Shown one piece after another: positions 9,329-18,338 of a stretch of 25,669 bases of DNA (position 1 is its first letter; each line of letters starts with the position of its first letter). Location of the stretch: the IMG/VR virus record IMGVR_UViG_3300007541_000186, positions 1 to 25,669 of that record; one strand, 5' to 3'. The notes beneath the pieces were generated by a model that was not told the DNA's origin, made no database searches, and worked only from the letters and a program-made list of their open reading frames with translations. Both the position numbers and the translations under genes were made by a program. Source of the stretch: a virus (taxonomy: Duplodnaviria; Caudoviricetes).

Positions 9329-10272
9329 TGAATAAACAATTTTTGTGGGTGGAACAATATCGTCCTCATACTATTGAGGACTGTATTCTTCCAGTGAATA
9401 TTAAAAAGTCGTTTGAAGGATTCCTTGCCCAGAAAGAGATCCCTAATCTTCTCCTTTGTGGTTCTGCTGGTGTGGGAAAGACCACAGTTGCCAAAGCGGT
9501 ATGTGATGAGATCGGAGCGTCCTACATTGTCATTAACGGTTCGGACGAAGGACGCTTCCTTGACACCGTGAGAAACAGGGTGCGGCAATTTGCCACAACC
9601 GTCTCATTGACCTCTGGAGCCGCCCACAAGGTGGTCATTATTGACGAAGCAGACAATACCTCCACCGACGTGCAATTGGCTCTCCGAGCTGCTGTGGAAG
9701 AGTTTCATGGCAACTGCCGTTTCATCTTCACTTGTAACTTCCCCAACAAGATCATTGATCCTTTGCATTCTCGATGCACTGTGATTGATTTCAAGATCAA
9801 GGGTGAGGAATCACAGAAACTTCAGGCAAAGTTTTTTATGCGGCTAAAAGCCATTCTTGATGAACAGGAAGTTGAGTATGACGACAAGATTCTGGTTAAG
9901 GTTATTAATCGGTATTATCCCGATTGGCGTCGTCTTCTTAACGAATGCCAACGTTTCGCTTCTACTGGAGAGATTTCTTCTGCTGTTCTTATTGATGTTG
10001 CTGACATCACAATTGATGAACTTCTTAGGTCTTTAAAGAACAAAGAGTTTACCAATGTCAAGAAGTGGGTCGCTGAGAATATTGACAACGATCCCAACTT
10101 GGTTCTGCGAAGGATCTATGATGTTCTTTATGACAATCTGAAACCAGCTTCTATTCCTGAAGCTGTTTTGATTGTTGCTAAGTATCAGTATCAAATTTCT
10201 TTTGTTGCTGATCAGGAGATTAATCTCCTTGCCTGTCTTACTGAAATTATGATGAGCTGCGAATTCAAATGA
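9325..10272 (+). CDS. gp44: Clamp loader large subunit gp44
   Basis: LWVEQYRP, Walker A GSAGVGKT, IIDEAD, FIFTCN, LHSRC (RFC-family SRC motif). Confidence 0.96.
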   Translation: MMNKQFLWVEQYRPHTIEDCILPVNIKKSFEGFLAQKEIPNLLLCGSAGVGKTTVAKAVCDEIGASYIVINGSDEGRFLDTVRNRVRQFATTVSLTSGAAHKVVIIDEADNTSTDVQLALRAAVEEFHGNCRFIFTCNFPNKIIDPLHSRCTVIDFKIKGEESQKLQAKFFMRLKAILDEQEVEYDDKILVKVINRYYPDWRRLLNECQRFASTGEISSAVLIDVADITIDELLRSLKNKEFTNVKKWVAENIDNDPNLVLRRIYDVLYDNLKPASIPEAVLIVAKYQYQISFVADQEINLLACLTEIMMSCEFK

Positions 10273-10661
10273 ATAATTTTCAATCTGAAAGTAAAAAATC
10301 TGGTGATGAGTTTGAATATTTTGTTGAGCAAGATCTTATTAAACGCAATGGAATGATTGTCGGCAAAGATTATTGCATTAAGAATATTGGCATTGAACTT
10401 GATTACATTGCAGACTTTTCATACAGAACAGAGTATGTTGAGGCAAAGGGTGGGCGATCTGGTGGAAAGAAAAGACCAGGAGCACAGCGAACAGACAATG
10501 TAAAAAAAGCTGTTTGTAATGGTGCATTACTTAAGTTCCACAAACCAGATGCATATTATGTAATTTATTTTTCTGCTAAACCAAAGGAAGATAGTTATTC
10601 TCATAATATGATTCATACAGCTATTCAAGCTGGCTATGTCAATGAGGTTCGGTATCTATGA
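10269..10661 (+). CDS. PD-(D/E)XK restriction-endonuclease-like protein
   Basis: SGDEFE helix, ELDYIA aspartate and YVEAKG (E-x-K) in canonical order; ATGA overlaps on both sides. Confidence 0.65.
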   Translation: MNNFQSESKKSGDEFEYFVEQDLIKRNGMIVGKDYCIKNIGIELDYIADFSYRTEYVEAKGGRSGGKKRPGAQRTDNVKKAVCNGALLKFHKPDAYYVIYFSAKPKEDSYSHNMIHTAIQAGYVNEVRYL

Positions 10662-10828
10662 CAAAAGTTAAGACAACCCCAGAAAATGTCAAAGAAGCAA
10701 ACTGGGCTTTGTTTCGTGCAACAATGAATCTTCCTGCTGCTGCAGCTCATTGTGGTATGACTAACAAAGAAATGAAAATGACGTTCCTTGAATTCTTGAA
10801 GTATCACCCACCTGATTATGAAAGTTGA
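10658..10828 (+). CDS. Small hypothetical protein, 56 aa (below track cutoff)
   Basis: Hand translation MTKVKTTPENVKEANWALFRATMNLPAAAAHCGMTNKEMKMTFLEFLKYHPPDYES; ATGA overlap upstream and overlap with the gp62 start. NLPAAAAHCGMT is HTH-like. Confidence 0.75.
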   Translation: MTKVKTTPENVKEANWALFRATMNLPAAAAHCGMTNKEMKMTFLEFLKYHPPDYES

Positions 10829-11201
10829 ACTTAAAGATTATCTTTACAGCATCAATCAATCCAAGAAGAACATCATGGATGATCCTGATGCTGTAAAGGG
10901 ATACCCGCCTTTTATTATTAATAAATGTTTAGCATATCATACTGATAGCGTCTTGTATGCAAACGAGATGAATCGATATCCAGAGTTGGATAAGAAGATG
11001 CAGTATGACTTTTATATAAATAGTTTGAAGCCAAGGAAAAGATTTAGTCCCTGGATTAAAAAACAAACACTTGAGCATCTTGAATTGGTGAAAGAGTATT
11101 ATGGATACAACCATAAAAAATCTCTAGAAGCATTGAGGATTCTCACTACAGAACAACTTGATCAAATTAAACAAGCGTTGAATAAAGGCGGAACAAAATG
11201 A
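10818..11201 (+). CDS. gp62: Clamp loader small subunit gp62
   Basis: YPPFIINKCL...ANEMN...QYDFYINSLKPRKRFSPW...VKEYYGYN; directly upstream of regA as in T4. Confidence 0.93.
   Translation: MKVELKDYLYSINQSKKNIMDDPDAVKGYPPFIINKCLAYHTDSVLYANEMNRYPELDKKMQYDFYINSLKPRKRFSPWIKKQTLEHLELVKEYYGYNHKKSLEALRILTTEQLDQIKQALNKGGTK
11015..11022 (+). promoter_or_regulatory. T4-type late promoter TATAAATA inside gp62
   Basis: Exact gp55 consensus upstream of regA; could occur by chance in AT-rich coding DNA. Confidence 0.45.
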
Positions 11202-11620
11202 CAACTGACATTGAAATTAAATGGCAACAATCTGATATGGTAGAAGTTGCTCTGGGACAACCTGATGATTTTCTTAAGGTTCGTGAGACCCTAACTCGCA
11301 TTGGAGTTGCTTCTAGAAAAGAGCGTAAGCTTTATCAATCTTGCCACATTCTTCACAAACAAGGTAAGTATTATATCGTTCACTTTAAAGAACTGTTTGC
11401 TCTTGACGGAAAGAAAACTAATCTTTCTCTTAATGATCTGCAACGTCGTAATCGTATTATTCAACTACTTTCTGATTGGGGTTTGATTGAGGTAGTAACT
11501 CCTGAAAAAATTGAAGATGTGGCACCACTCAATCAAATCAAAGTTCTTTCTTTTAAAGATAAGGACGAGTGGACTCTTGAGAGCAAGTATAATATTGGAA
11601 GAAAGAAAACCGAAGTATGA
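11198..11620 (+). CDS. regA: Translational repressor RegA
   Basis: PDDFLKVRETLTRIGVASRK...LYQSCHILHKQGKYYIVHFKELFALDG...RRNRI...LLSDWGL. Confidence 0.97.
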   Translation: MTTDIEIKWQQSDMVEVALGQPDDFLKVRETLTRIGVASRKERKLYQSCHILHKQGKYYIVHFKELFALDGKKTNLSLNDLQRRNRIIQLLSDWGLIEVVTPEKIEDVAPLNQIKVLSFKDKDEWTLESKYNIGRKKTEV

Positions 11621-11742
11621 GAACGCTCACCATGATGGTCTTAACACCTGACAAACAAGTTAAGTGGTTGACCATACCATGGGGGAAAAGTCATCTAGAT
11701 TGGTATAGAAAACAAGGATACACTATCCTGATGACCGTATAA
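11617..11742 (+). CDS. Small hypothetical protein, 41 aa
   Basis: Hand translation MRTLTMMVLTPDKQVKWLTIPWGKSHLDWYRKQGYTILMTV; ATGA overlap with regA; ends at a terminator. Confidence 0.55.
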   Translation: MRTLTMMVLTPDKQVKWLTIPWGKSHLDWYRKQGYTILMTV

Positions 11743-11774
11743 AAAAGTGGGGTTTTCATCACCCCACTTTTTTT
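11741..11774. terminator. Bidirectional-type intrinsic terminator
   Basis: aaaaaagtggggt-tttcatc-accccactttttt: perfect inverted repeat with an A run and a T run. Confidence 0.85.
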
Positions 11775-11780
11775 GTCTTT

Positions 11781-11789
11781 TGTTATAAT
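11781..11789 (+). promoter_or_regulatory. Extended -10 promoter TGtTATAAT for hsp20
   Basis: TG 11781-11782 and TATAAT 11784-11789, immediately after the terminator and before the structured leader. Confidence 0.6.
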
Positions 11790-11797
11790 TAATAGTG

Positions 11798-11885
11798 ATG
11801 GGTACGTGGTTATTAAACCGCCCATACGCTACGGATGCCGATTAGGATCCTAATTAAACCTCGCTTATTTAAGGAGAACACAATG
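11798..11885 (+). promoter_or_regulatory. Structured 5' leader of hsp20, ROSE-like RNA thermometer candidate
   Basis: ctc-g-ctt-attt-aag-gag (11860-11876) pairs over the SD with a bulged G and contains UCGCU. Two further hairpins at 11798-11825 and 11833-11850. Confidence 0.55.
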
Positions 11886-12374
11886 ACTAATAAATATACT
11901 TGGGATATTTACTCCCCATTTTCAGTAGGTCTAGATGATGTATTCAATCGTCTAGAGGCAATGTCTGGACATAATACCAGTTATCCACCCTACAATTTAA
12001 TCAAACACGATGGATCTAATTACGAAATTGAAGTTGCTCTGGCAGGATTTAAAGCAGAAGAGATCGAAGTTTCTACTGAACAGAACATTCTCCGAGTTGC
12101 CTCCAGAGTTGAAAGAAGAGATTCTGACAGAGTGTATGTTCATAAAGGATTGTCGAAACGTTCCTTCAACCACAGTTGGCAACTTGCCGATGATGTCCGA
12201 GTATCCTCTGTAGATTATGTGGATGGTTTATTGACAGTTTCTCTGGAAAAGATTATCCCAGAGGATAAAAAGAAAACTGTATATCAGATTGGTGAGCATG
12301 TCTTGCCAACACCAGAGTTCTTAACTGAAGATAGGAATTCTAATTTTCCAAATGAAAATACAGTGACTAAATAA
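11883..12374 (+). CDS. hsp20: Small heat shock protein Hsp20 (IbpA-like)
   Basis: YPPYNLIK...IEVALAGF...YVHKGLSKRSF...LADDV...DGLLTVSLEKIIPE. Start moved to ATG 11883, with SD AAGGAG 11871-11876 (163 aa). Confidence 0.95.
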   Translation: MTNKYTWDIYSPFSVGLDDVFNRLEAMSGHNTSYPPYNLIKHDGSNYEIEVALAGFKAEEIEVSTEQNILRVASRVERRDSDRVYVHKGLSKRSFNHSWQLADDVRVSSVDYVDGLLTVSLEKIIPEDKKKTVYQIGEHVLPTPEFLTEDRNSNFPNENTVTK

Positions 12375-12393
12375 ATCGTATCGTCGGCGCACG

Positions 12394-12430
12394 GGGGCAA
12401 GCTGGTCAGCATCAGCACTTGCCCCATTTT
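12394..12430 (+). terminator. GC-rich hairpin after hsp20 (terminator or structured RNA)
   Basis: ggggcaag (12394-12401) pairs with cttgcccc (12418-12425), with inner ctgg/tcag pairing, followed by atttt. Confidence 0.6.
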
Positions 12431-12447
12431 ACTTTGTGTGCTATAAT
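12419..12447 (+). promoter_or_regulatory. Sigma70-type promoter TTGCCC-N17-TATAAT with extended TG
   Basis: TTGCCC 12419-12424, TG 12439-12440, TATAAT 12442-12447; would drive the Sm-like trio and gp43. Confidence 0.7.
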
Positions 12448-12467
12448 TGAAACAACAGCATGGTTCT

Positions 12468-12821
12468 ATGGAAGACATCAAAATTATTTTATTAAAAACA
12501 GGACAGCATATTATTGCAAGAATAACAGAACTGCGTGATGAAAATGATAATGCATTTTGCTTCTTGTTGGAAGTTCCTTTGGTTGTAAATTTTTCTCCTC
12601 AAAGCACAACAGAAGATTTACAAATAGCATTTTCTCAGTTAATGCCTTTTAGTTCAACCCCAGCTTTTAGAGTACCATTTGATCATGTTATTACTATTGG
12701 GGATCCGAAACCAGGCATTCTTGATAAGTATATTGAAATAATAAAACCTCTTTATCCTATTGATGGAGGCGCAGAACCAAATAAAATTGAAACCCAGGAG
12801 CAAATTAAAGATGACAATTGA
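12468..12821 (+). CDS. Cyanophage Sm-like protein 1
   Basis: MEDIKIILLKTGQHIIARITE...LEVPLVV...FSQLMPFS...VPFDHVITIGDP. ATG 12468 preferred because track start 12447 lies in the -10 box. Confidence 0.75.
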   Translation: MEDIKIILLKTGQHIIARITELRDENDNAFCFLLEVPLVVNFSPQSTTEDLQIAFSQLMPFSSTPAFRVPFDHVITIGDPKPGILDKYIEIIKPLYPIDGGAEPNKIETQEQIKDDN

Positions 12822-13182
12822 AACCCCTAAAGTAAATCCGTCTATTGTAATTCTTAAGACAGGCGAAAAACTTATTACTTATCTTCAAGAAGCATTTGAA
12901 GGAGAGGGAGATAACCAAAAAGGAATTTGTTTGGTTATGACACATCCATATGAATTATACTTAATTGATACAAATACTAAAAAGAAACAAGAACAAGATC
13001 TTCAGGTAAAGTTTAGTAAGTGGTGTCCGTATTCTATTAATACTCAATATAGAATTCCTTATGATGGAGTTCTTGCTATTGGCCAACCAGACCCAGGACT
13101 TTCTGATGCATATTCTGAAAAGATTCAACAATTACAACCAGTTATTGAAAGTGAAGAAAAAGGTAATGATGAAGAACTATGA
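12811..13182 (+). CDS. Cyanophage Sm-like protein 2
   Basis: IVILKTGEKLITYLQE...MTHPYEL...FSKWCPYS...IPYDGVLAIGQP; likely start ATG 12811. Confidence 0.75.
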   Translation: MTIETPKVNPSIVILKTGEKLITYLQEAFEGEGDNQKGICLVMTHPYELYLIDTNTKKKQEQDLQVKFSKWCPYSINTQYRIPYDGVLAIGQPDPGLSDAYSEKIQQLQPVIESEEKGNDEEL

Positions 13183-13433
13183 TTAAGCTAATCAAATTTG
13201 ATGGTGATTGGATTGTTTCAAACATTACAGAAATCCCCGACGTGGAGTTCGGGGATCCTGATTGTGTGCTAAAATACCCGTATCAAGTTGAAGGAGAATG
13301 CCTCGGACCTTGGCCTCCCCACTCAGATGAGAGGGAGATTGTAGTCAGATCATCTGACATCAGTGTAGTCACAGATCCAGATACTTTCCTTCTATCCTCT
13401 TATCAAAAAGTTATTGACGAAGAAACAGCATGA
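13179..13433 (+). CDS. Cyanophage Sm-like protein 3
   Basis: IKLIKFDGDWIVSNITE...LKYPYQV...LGPWPPHS...VRSSDISVVTDP; ATGA overlaps on both sides. Confidence 0.72.
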   Translation: MIKLIKFDGDWIVSNITEIPDVEFGDPDCVLKYPYQVEGECLGPWPPHSDEREIVVRSSDISVVTDPDTFLLSSYQKVIDEETA

Positions 13434-15925
13434 AATTTTATACCAGTATTGAACAATCTGGAAACAACATTCTGGTACGTGGTTATGAACATGGTAAACA
13501 ATTTCAAGACAAGGTTAAATACAATCCAACATTGTTTCTTCCTTCAGCAAAACCTTCTGAATGGAAAACACTTGACGGTAAATATGTAAGACCCGTACAG
13601 CAGGGTACTATTAGAGATGCGAAGAAGTTTATTGAAGATCATGGTGAGATTGAAGACTTTCAGATCTATGGTCAAACCAGATTTCTAAATCAGTATATTC
13701 TGGATGAGTATCCTGGGGAAGAAATCAAGTTCGATATGAATTTGATTCGCATCTTTACTATTGATATTGAAACTGGTGCTGAGAATGGATTTCCTGACAT
13801 CGAATCTGCTGACCAGGAAATCCTTACTATCAGTGTAAAGGACAGCACTATGGGTCGCATTATTGTATTTGGTGCTAAGCCATTTAACAATAAAGATCCT
13901 CAGGTTCAGTATATGCATTTTGAAACTGAAACTGGATTGCTGAAAGGATTCTTGCATTGGTGGTCTTCAAACTATCCAGACATCATTACTGGGTGGAACG
14001 TTCAATTATTCGATATTCCATATATCCTTCGTAGAGTTGAACGACTGTTTGGAGAAAAGGAAGCACGAATGATTTCTCCTTGGGGAAATATTCTCTGTAG
14101 GGAAATCTATATCAAAGGTCGTAAGCAAATTGCTTATGACATTAGTGGCATTGCCACCTTAGATTATCTGGAACTTTATCGCAAGTTCACTTATACCAAC
14201 CAGGAGTCATATCGACTCGATCATATTTGTGAAGTAGAACTTGGAGAAAAGAAACTGGATCACAGTGAGTTTGATACATTCAAGGAGTTCTATACTAACA
14301 ACTGGCAGAAGTTTGTTGAGTATAACATCCATGACGTTCGCTTGGTTGATAAGCTAGACGACAAGATGAAGCTCCTGGAACTTGCTGTGGTTATGGCATA
14401 CGATGCTAAAGTAAACTACGAAGACGTTTACTCGCAAGTTCGTATGTGGGATAACATCATTTATGTTTATCTTGCAGAACAGAACATTGTGATTCCTCCC
14501 AAAAAAGAAAGTCACAAATCTGCTAAGTATGCTGGTGCGTTTGTGAAAGAACCAGTTCCTGGTTTGTATGATTGGGTAGTGAACTTTGACTTGAACTCAC
14601 TGTATCCACACTTGATCATGCAATATAATATTTCACCAGAAACTCTTCTTCCCCACAGACATCCGAATGCAAGTGTGGATCGGTTGCTAGATGAAGAGAT
14701 TGATACGTCAGATATTGTTGGTCAATCACTGTGCGCTAACGGCACATTTTATACAAATGAATATCAGGGATTCCTCCCTAAACTAATGCAGAAGATCTAC
14801 GATGAACGTGTGATCTATAAAAAGAAAATGCTTAAGGCAAAGCAGGAGTATGAAAACAATCCATCAGTTGAATTGAAGAAAGAGATTGCCCGCTGCAATA
14901 ACATTCAGATGGCACGTAAGATTCAACTCAACTCTGCTTATGGTGCTATTGGCAACGAGCATTTTCGATACTACAAACTTGAAATTGCAGAAGCAATTAC
15001 TTTGTCTGGACAACTTTCCATTCGATGGATTGAGAAAAAGACAAACAAGTATCTTAATAAAATTCTCAAAACTGATGGAGTAGATTATGTTATTGCTTGT
15101 GATACTGATTCTATGTATCTCAATCTTGGTCCTCTTGTACAGAAGATATTCAGTGGACGAGAGAAAACTGATGAGAGCATTGTTTCATTCCTTGATAAGG
15201 TCTGTGAAATGGAACTTGAAAAGTATATTGAAAGTTCTTACCAAGAATTGGCGAACTACGTCAAGGCATATGACCAAAAGATGAAGATGAAACGAGAGAA
15301 CATTGCTAATCGTGGTTTCTGGACTGCGAAGAAACGTTATGTTCTCAACGTATGGGATAGCGAAGGTGTGCGTTACAAAGAACCTAAGATGAAAATCTGT
15401 GGTATGGAAACCGCACGTTCTTCCACCCCAGCATATTTCCGAGATAAACTTCTCAAAGCTTATACGATCATCATCAACCAATCGAATGATGAGATCCTTG
15501 ACTTCATTGATCTAGTAAAAGAAGAAACTCGGAAACAAGATTACTTAAACATCGCATTCCCTAGAGGTTGTAATGGTCTTGACAAATACAAAAGTTCTGC
15601 AGACATTTATACAAAGAGCACTCCTGTTCAAGTCCGAGGTGCATTACTGTATAATTACTATGTTCGCAAGCATCAACTTACTCACAAGTACCCTCTTATC
15701 CAAGAGGGAGAAAAAATAAAATTTATCTATCTCAAAACTCCTAATCCCATTAATGAAAATGTGATTAGTTTCTTTGGCACTATTCCTAAAGAGTTCAATC
15801 TTGACAAGTATGTAGATTACAATTTACAATTTGAAAAGTCATTTTACGATCCTCTTCGGAATGTGCTAGAATGTATCGGCTGGACTGCCGAACGCAAAGT
15901 ATCTCTTCTTAGTTTTTTCTCATAA
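13430..15925 (+). CDS. gp43: Family B DNA polymerase gp43
   Basis: ExoI DIET, ExoII GWNVQLFDIPY, ExoIII YNIHDV, Pol A DLNSLYP, Pol B KIQLNSAYG, Pol C CDTDS, C-terminal clamp-binding SLLSFF. 831 aa with no intein or intron apparent. Confidence 0.98.
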   Translation: MKFYTSIEQSGNNILVRGYEHGKQFQDKVKYNPTLFLPSAKPSEWKTLDGKYVRPVQQGTIRDAKKFIEDHGEIEDFQIYGQTRFLNQYILDEYPGEEIKFDMNLIRIFTIDIETGAENGFPDIESADQEILTISVKDSTMGRIIVFGAKPFNNKDPQVQYMHFETETGLLKGFLHWWSSNYPDIITGWNVQLFDIPYILRRVERLFGEKEARMISPWGNILCREIYIKGRKQIAYDISGIATLDYLELYRKFTYTNQESYRLDHICEVELGEKKLDHSEFDTFKEFYTNNWQKFVEYNIHDVRLVDKLDDKMKLLELAVVMAYDAKVNYEDVYSQVRMWDNIIYVYLAEQNIVIPPKKESHKSAKYAGAFVKEPVPGLYDWVVNFDLNSLYPHLIMQYNISPETLLPHRHPNASVDRLLDEEIDTSDIVGQSLCANGTFYTNEYQGFLPKLMQKIYDERVIYKKKMLKAKQEYENNPSVELKKEIARCNNIQMARKIQLNSAYGAIGNEHFRYYKLEIAEAITLSGQLSIRWIEKKTNKYLNKILKTDGVDYVIACDTDSMYLNLGPLVQKIFSGREKTDESIVSFLDKVCEMELEKYIESSYQELANYVKAYDQKMKMKRENIANRGFWTAKKRYVLNVWDSEGVRYKEPKMKICGMETARSSTPAYFRDKLLKAYTIIINQSNDEILDFIDLVKEETRKQDYLNIAFPRGCNGLDKYKSSADIYTKSTPVQVRGALLYNYYVRKHQLTHKYPLIQEGEKIKFIYLKTPNPINENVISFFGTIPKEFNLDKYVDYNLQFEKSFYDPLRNVLECIGWTAERKVSLLSFFS
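15801..15830 (+). promoter_or_regulatory. Sigma70-type promoter TTGACA-N18-TACAAT inside the gp43 3' end
   Basis: TTGACA 15801-15806, TACAAT 15825-15830; about 100 nt upstream of uvsX. Confidence 0.5.
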
Positions 15926-15928
15926 CCT

Positions 15929-16960
15929 ATGGACTTCTTATCTCAAGTAATTAAAGATAGCAAAAATGAATTTGCCTCTATTGCTGCTGATGGTGTTGCT
16001 GCTGGCGACATTGAATCTTTTATTGATACTGGCAGCTACGTATTTAATGCAGTGGTTTCTGGATCTTTGTTTGGTGGAATTCCATCTAACAAAATTACTG
16101 CTCTGGCAGGAGAAAGTGGAACGGGCAAAACTTTCTTTTGTCTTTCTGTTGTCCGTCATTTCCTTGACACTGATCCCAATGCTGGAGTCATTTATTTTGA
16201 AACAGAATCTGCTATTAGTAAGCAGATGATTGAGAGTCGCAACATTGATTCTAAGCGACTTGTTATTTTCCCTGTAGATACTATCGAAGAGTTCCGAACT
16301 CAGGCTGTTCGTATCATCGATAAATACATGGAACAGCCTAAGGAAGAACGCAAACCTCTTATGTTTGTGCTTGATTCTTTGGGTATGCTTGCCACCAATA
16401 AAGAAGTAGAAGATGCATCGAACGATAAGAACGTTCGTGATATGACCAAAGCACAACTGGTTAAATCTGTATTCAGGATTCTTACGTTGAAACTTGGTAA
16501 AGCAAACATTCCAATGCTCGTTACTAATCATACCTATGACGTTATTGGTTCATATACTCCTCAAAAAGAAATGGGCGGCGGTACTGGTCTTAAGTACTCT
16601 GCTTCTACAATCATATTCTTATCTAAGAAAAAAGAAAAAGATGGAACCGATTTCGTCGGAAACATTATTAAATGTGAGGCGAAGAAGTCCCGTCTGACTC
16701 GTGAAGGATCCAAAGTTGAGACACGACTTTTCTTTGATGAGAGGGGTTTACAACAGCACTATGGTCTGCTAGAATTGGGCGAACGTGCAGGGATCTGGAA
16801 GAATGTTGCAGGACGGTATGAAATTGATGGAAAGAAAATTTATGGTAAAGAGATTCTTAAAAATCCAGAACAATACTTCACTCCAGATCTAATGGAAATT
16901 CTTGACCAACAAGCACGAAAAGAATTTCTGTATGGAGTAGAAGACGATGGAGAGGATTGA
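15929..16960 (+). CDS. uvsX: RecA-like recombinase UvsX
   Basis: DTGSY, Walker [34 protein letters not shown]. Confidence 0.96.
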   Translation: MDFLSQVIKDSKNEFASIAADGVAAGDIESFIDTGSYVFNAVVSGSLFGGIPSNKITALAGESGTGKTFFCLSVVRHFLDTDPNAGVIYFETESAISKQMIESRNIDSKRLVIFPVDTIEEFRTQAVRIIDKYMEQPKEERKPLMFVLDSLGMLATNKEVEDASNDKNVRDMTKAQLVKSVFRILTLKLGKANIPMLVTNHTYDVIGSYTPQKEMGGGTGLKYSASTIIFLSKKKEKDGTDFVGNIIKCEAKKSRLTREGSKVETRLFFDERGLQQHYGLLELGERAGIWKNVAGRYEIDGKKIYGKEILKNPEQYFTPDLMEILDQQARKEFLYGVEDDGED

Positions 16961-18335
16961 ACAAACAATCTTACGAAACTTATTGTACAACAGGAACTAC
17001 TATAGTAAGGTAGTTCCTTTTATCAAACCTGAATATTTTGAAGAGCATTGTGAAAAAGTAATCTACGAAGAGATCTGGGACTTCGCTAGTAAATATCAAA
17101 CTCAACCAACCCCAGAAATTCTCGATATTAATTTACAGACAAGGAAGGATCTGAGTGAAGAAATTTATCAAAAATCAGTTCAGACAATTAAAGAACTTAG
17201 TGAAGTCGAGGTTGAATATCAATGGCTTCTCGACACCACAGAAAAGTGGTGCAAAGACAGAGCCATCTACCTCGCTCTCCTTGAGTCGATCAAGATCGCA
17301 GATGGAGGCGATCAAAAAGTATCAAAGGATGCGATCCCAAGTATCCTACAAGAAGCCTTGGCAGTATCGTTCGATGAACACGTAGGTCACGACTACGTTG
17401 AAAATGCCACCGAACGATATGATTATTACCATCTAAAAGAAGAGAAGATTCCTTTTGATCTTGAGAAATTTAATCTCATCACAAAAGGTGGTTTGCCTAA
17501 CAAGACACTGAACGTTGCACTCGCTGGAACTGGTGTTGGTAAATCTCTCTTCATGTGTCACGTAGCAGCAGCATGTCTATCGCAAGGAAAGAATGTTTTA
17601 TACATTACCCTTGAGATGGCAGAAGAAAAGATTGCAGAACGTATCGACGCTAATCTTTTGAATGTAAATATTAAAGACATTGGTTCTCTTCCAGAACCAA
17701 TCTTTACATCTCGCATCAAAGAGATTGGTAACAAGACACAGGGTAAACTTATTATTAAAGAATACCCAACTGCATCTGCACATGCTGGACATTTTAAAGC
17801 ATTGCTTAATGAACTGAGTTTGAAGAAATATTTCAAACCAGACATTATCTTCATTGACTACCTTAACATATGTGCATCTTCAAGATACAAAGGTCAAATT
17901 GTTAACAGTTACACATATGTTAAAGCAATCGCTGAGGAACTTAGAGGTCTTGCTGTTGAGCATAACCTTCCAATTGTTTCTGCTACTCAAACTACTCGGA
18001 GTGGTTTTGGCAATAGCGACGTTGATCTTACCGATACTTCCGAGTCTTTTGGTCTTCCCGCTACTGCAGACTTTATGTTTGCTCTTATCGCTACTGAGGA
18101 ACTTGAACAATCTGGTCGCATCATGGTCAAACAGCTCAAGAACCGATATAACGATCCCACCTTTAACAAAAGATTTACTGTGGGGGTTGACAGAGCTAAG
18201 ATGAAGCTGTATAATGTAGATGATTCAGACGGAGCTGCTATCCTCTCCACCGAGGAAGAAGAAACGTATGAAGCATTTGAAGACCTATCTGATAGGCAAT
18301 CCCGTCTTAACAAATTTTCTCAATTCGTAATCTAA
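16947..18335 (+). CDS. gp41: Replicative helicase gp41 (DnaB-like)
   Basis: Walker [49 protein letters not shown]. Confidence 0.97.
   Translation: MERIEQTILRNLLYNRNYYSKVVPFIKPEYFEEHCEKVIYEEIWDFASKYQTQPTPEILDINLQTRKDLSEEIYQKSVQTIKELSEVEVEYQWLLDTTEKWCKDRAIYLALLESIKIADGGDQKVSKDAIPSILQEALAVSFDEHVGHDYVENATERYDYYHLKEEKIPFDLEKFNLITKGGLPNKTLNVALAGTGVGKSLFMCHVAAACLSQGKNVLYITLEMAEEKIAERIDANLLNVNIKDIGSLPEPIFTSRIKEIGNKTQGKLIIKEYPTASAHAGHFKALLNELSLKKYFKPDIIFIDYLNICASSRYKGQIVNSYTYVKAIAEELRGLAVEHNLPIVSATQTTRSGFGNSDVDLTDTSESFGLPATADFMFALIATEELEQSGRIMVKQLKNRYNDPTFNKRFTVGVDRAKMKLYNVDDSDGAAILSTEEEETYEAFEDLSDRQSRLNKFSQFVI
18187..18215 (+). promoter_or_regulatory. Perfect sigma70 consensus TTGACA-N17-TATAAT inside the gp41 3' end
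   Basis: TTGACA 18187-18192, TATAAT 18210-18215; upstream of mazG. Confidence 0.75.
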
Positions 18336-18338
18336 TCT

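Noticed and set aside
11835-11882. Track start of hsp20 at 11835
   Set aside because: It lies in the structured leader; SD AAGGAG points to ATG 11883.
13414-13444. TTGACG just before gp43 as a promoter
   Set aside because: No acceptable -10 at 16-18 nt spacing (TATACC at 19 nt, overlapping the coding start).
13430-15925. Intein or group I intron in gp43 (also considered for gp41 and nrdA)
   Set aside because: Lengths and motif spacing are normal and frames are continuous, with no splice-junction signatures seen.
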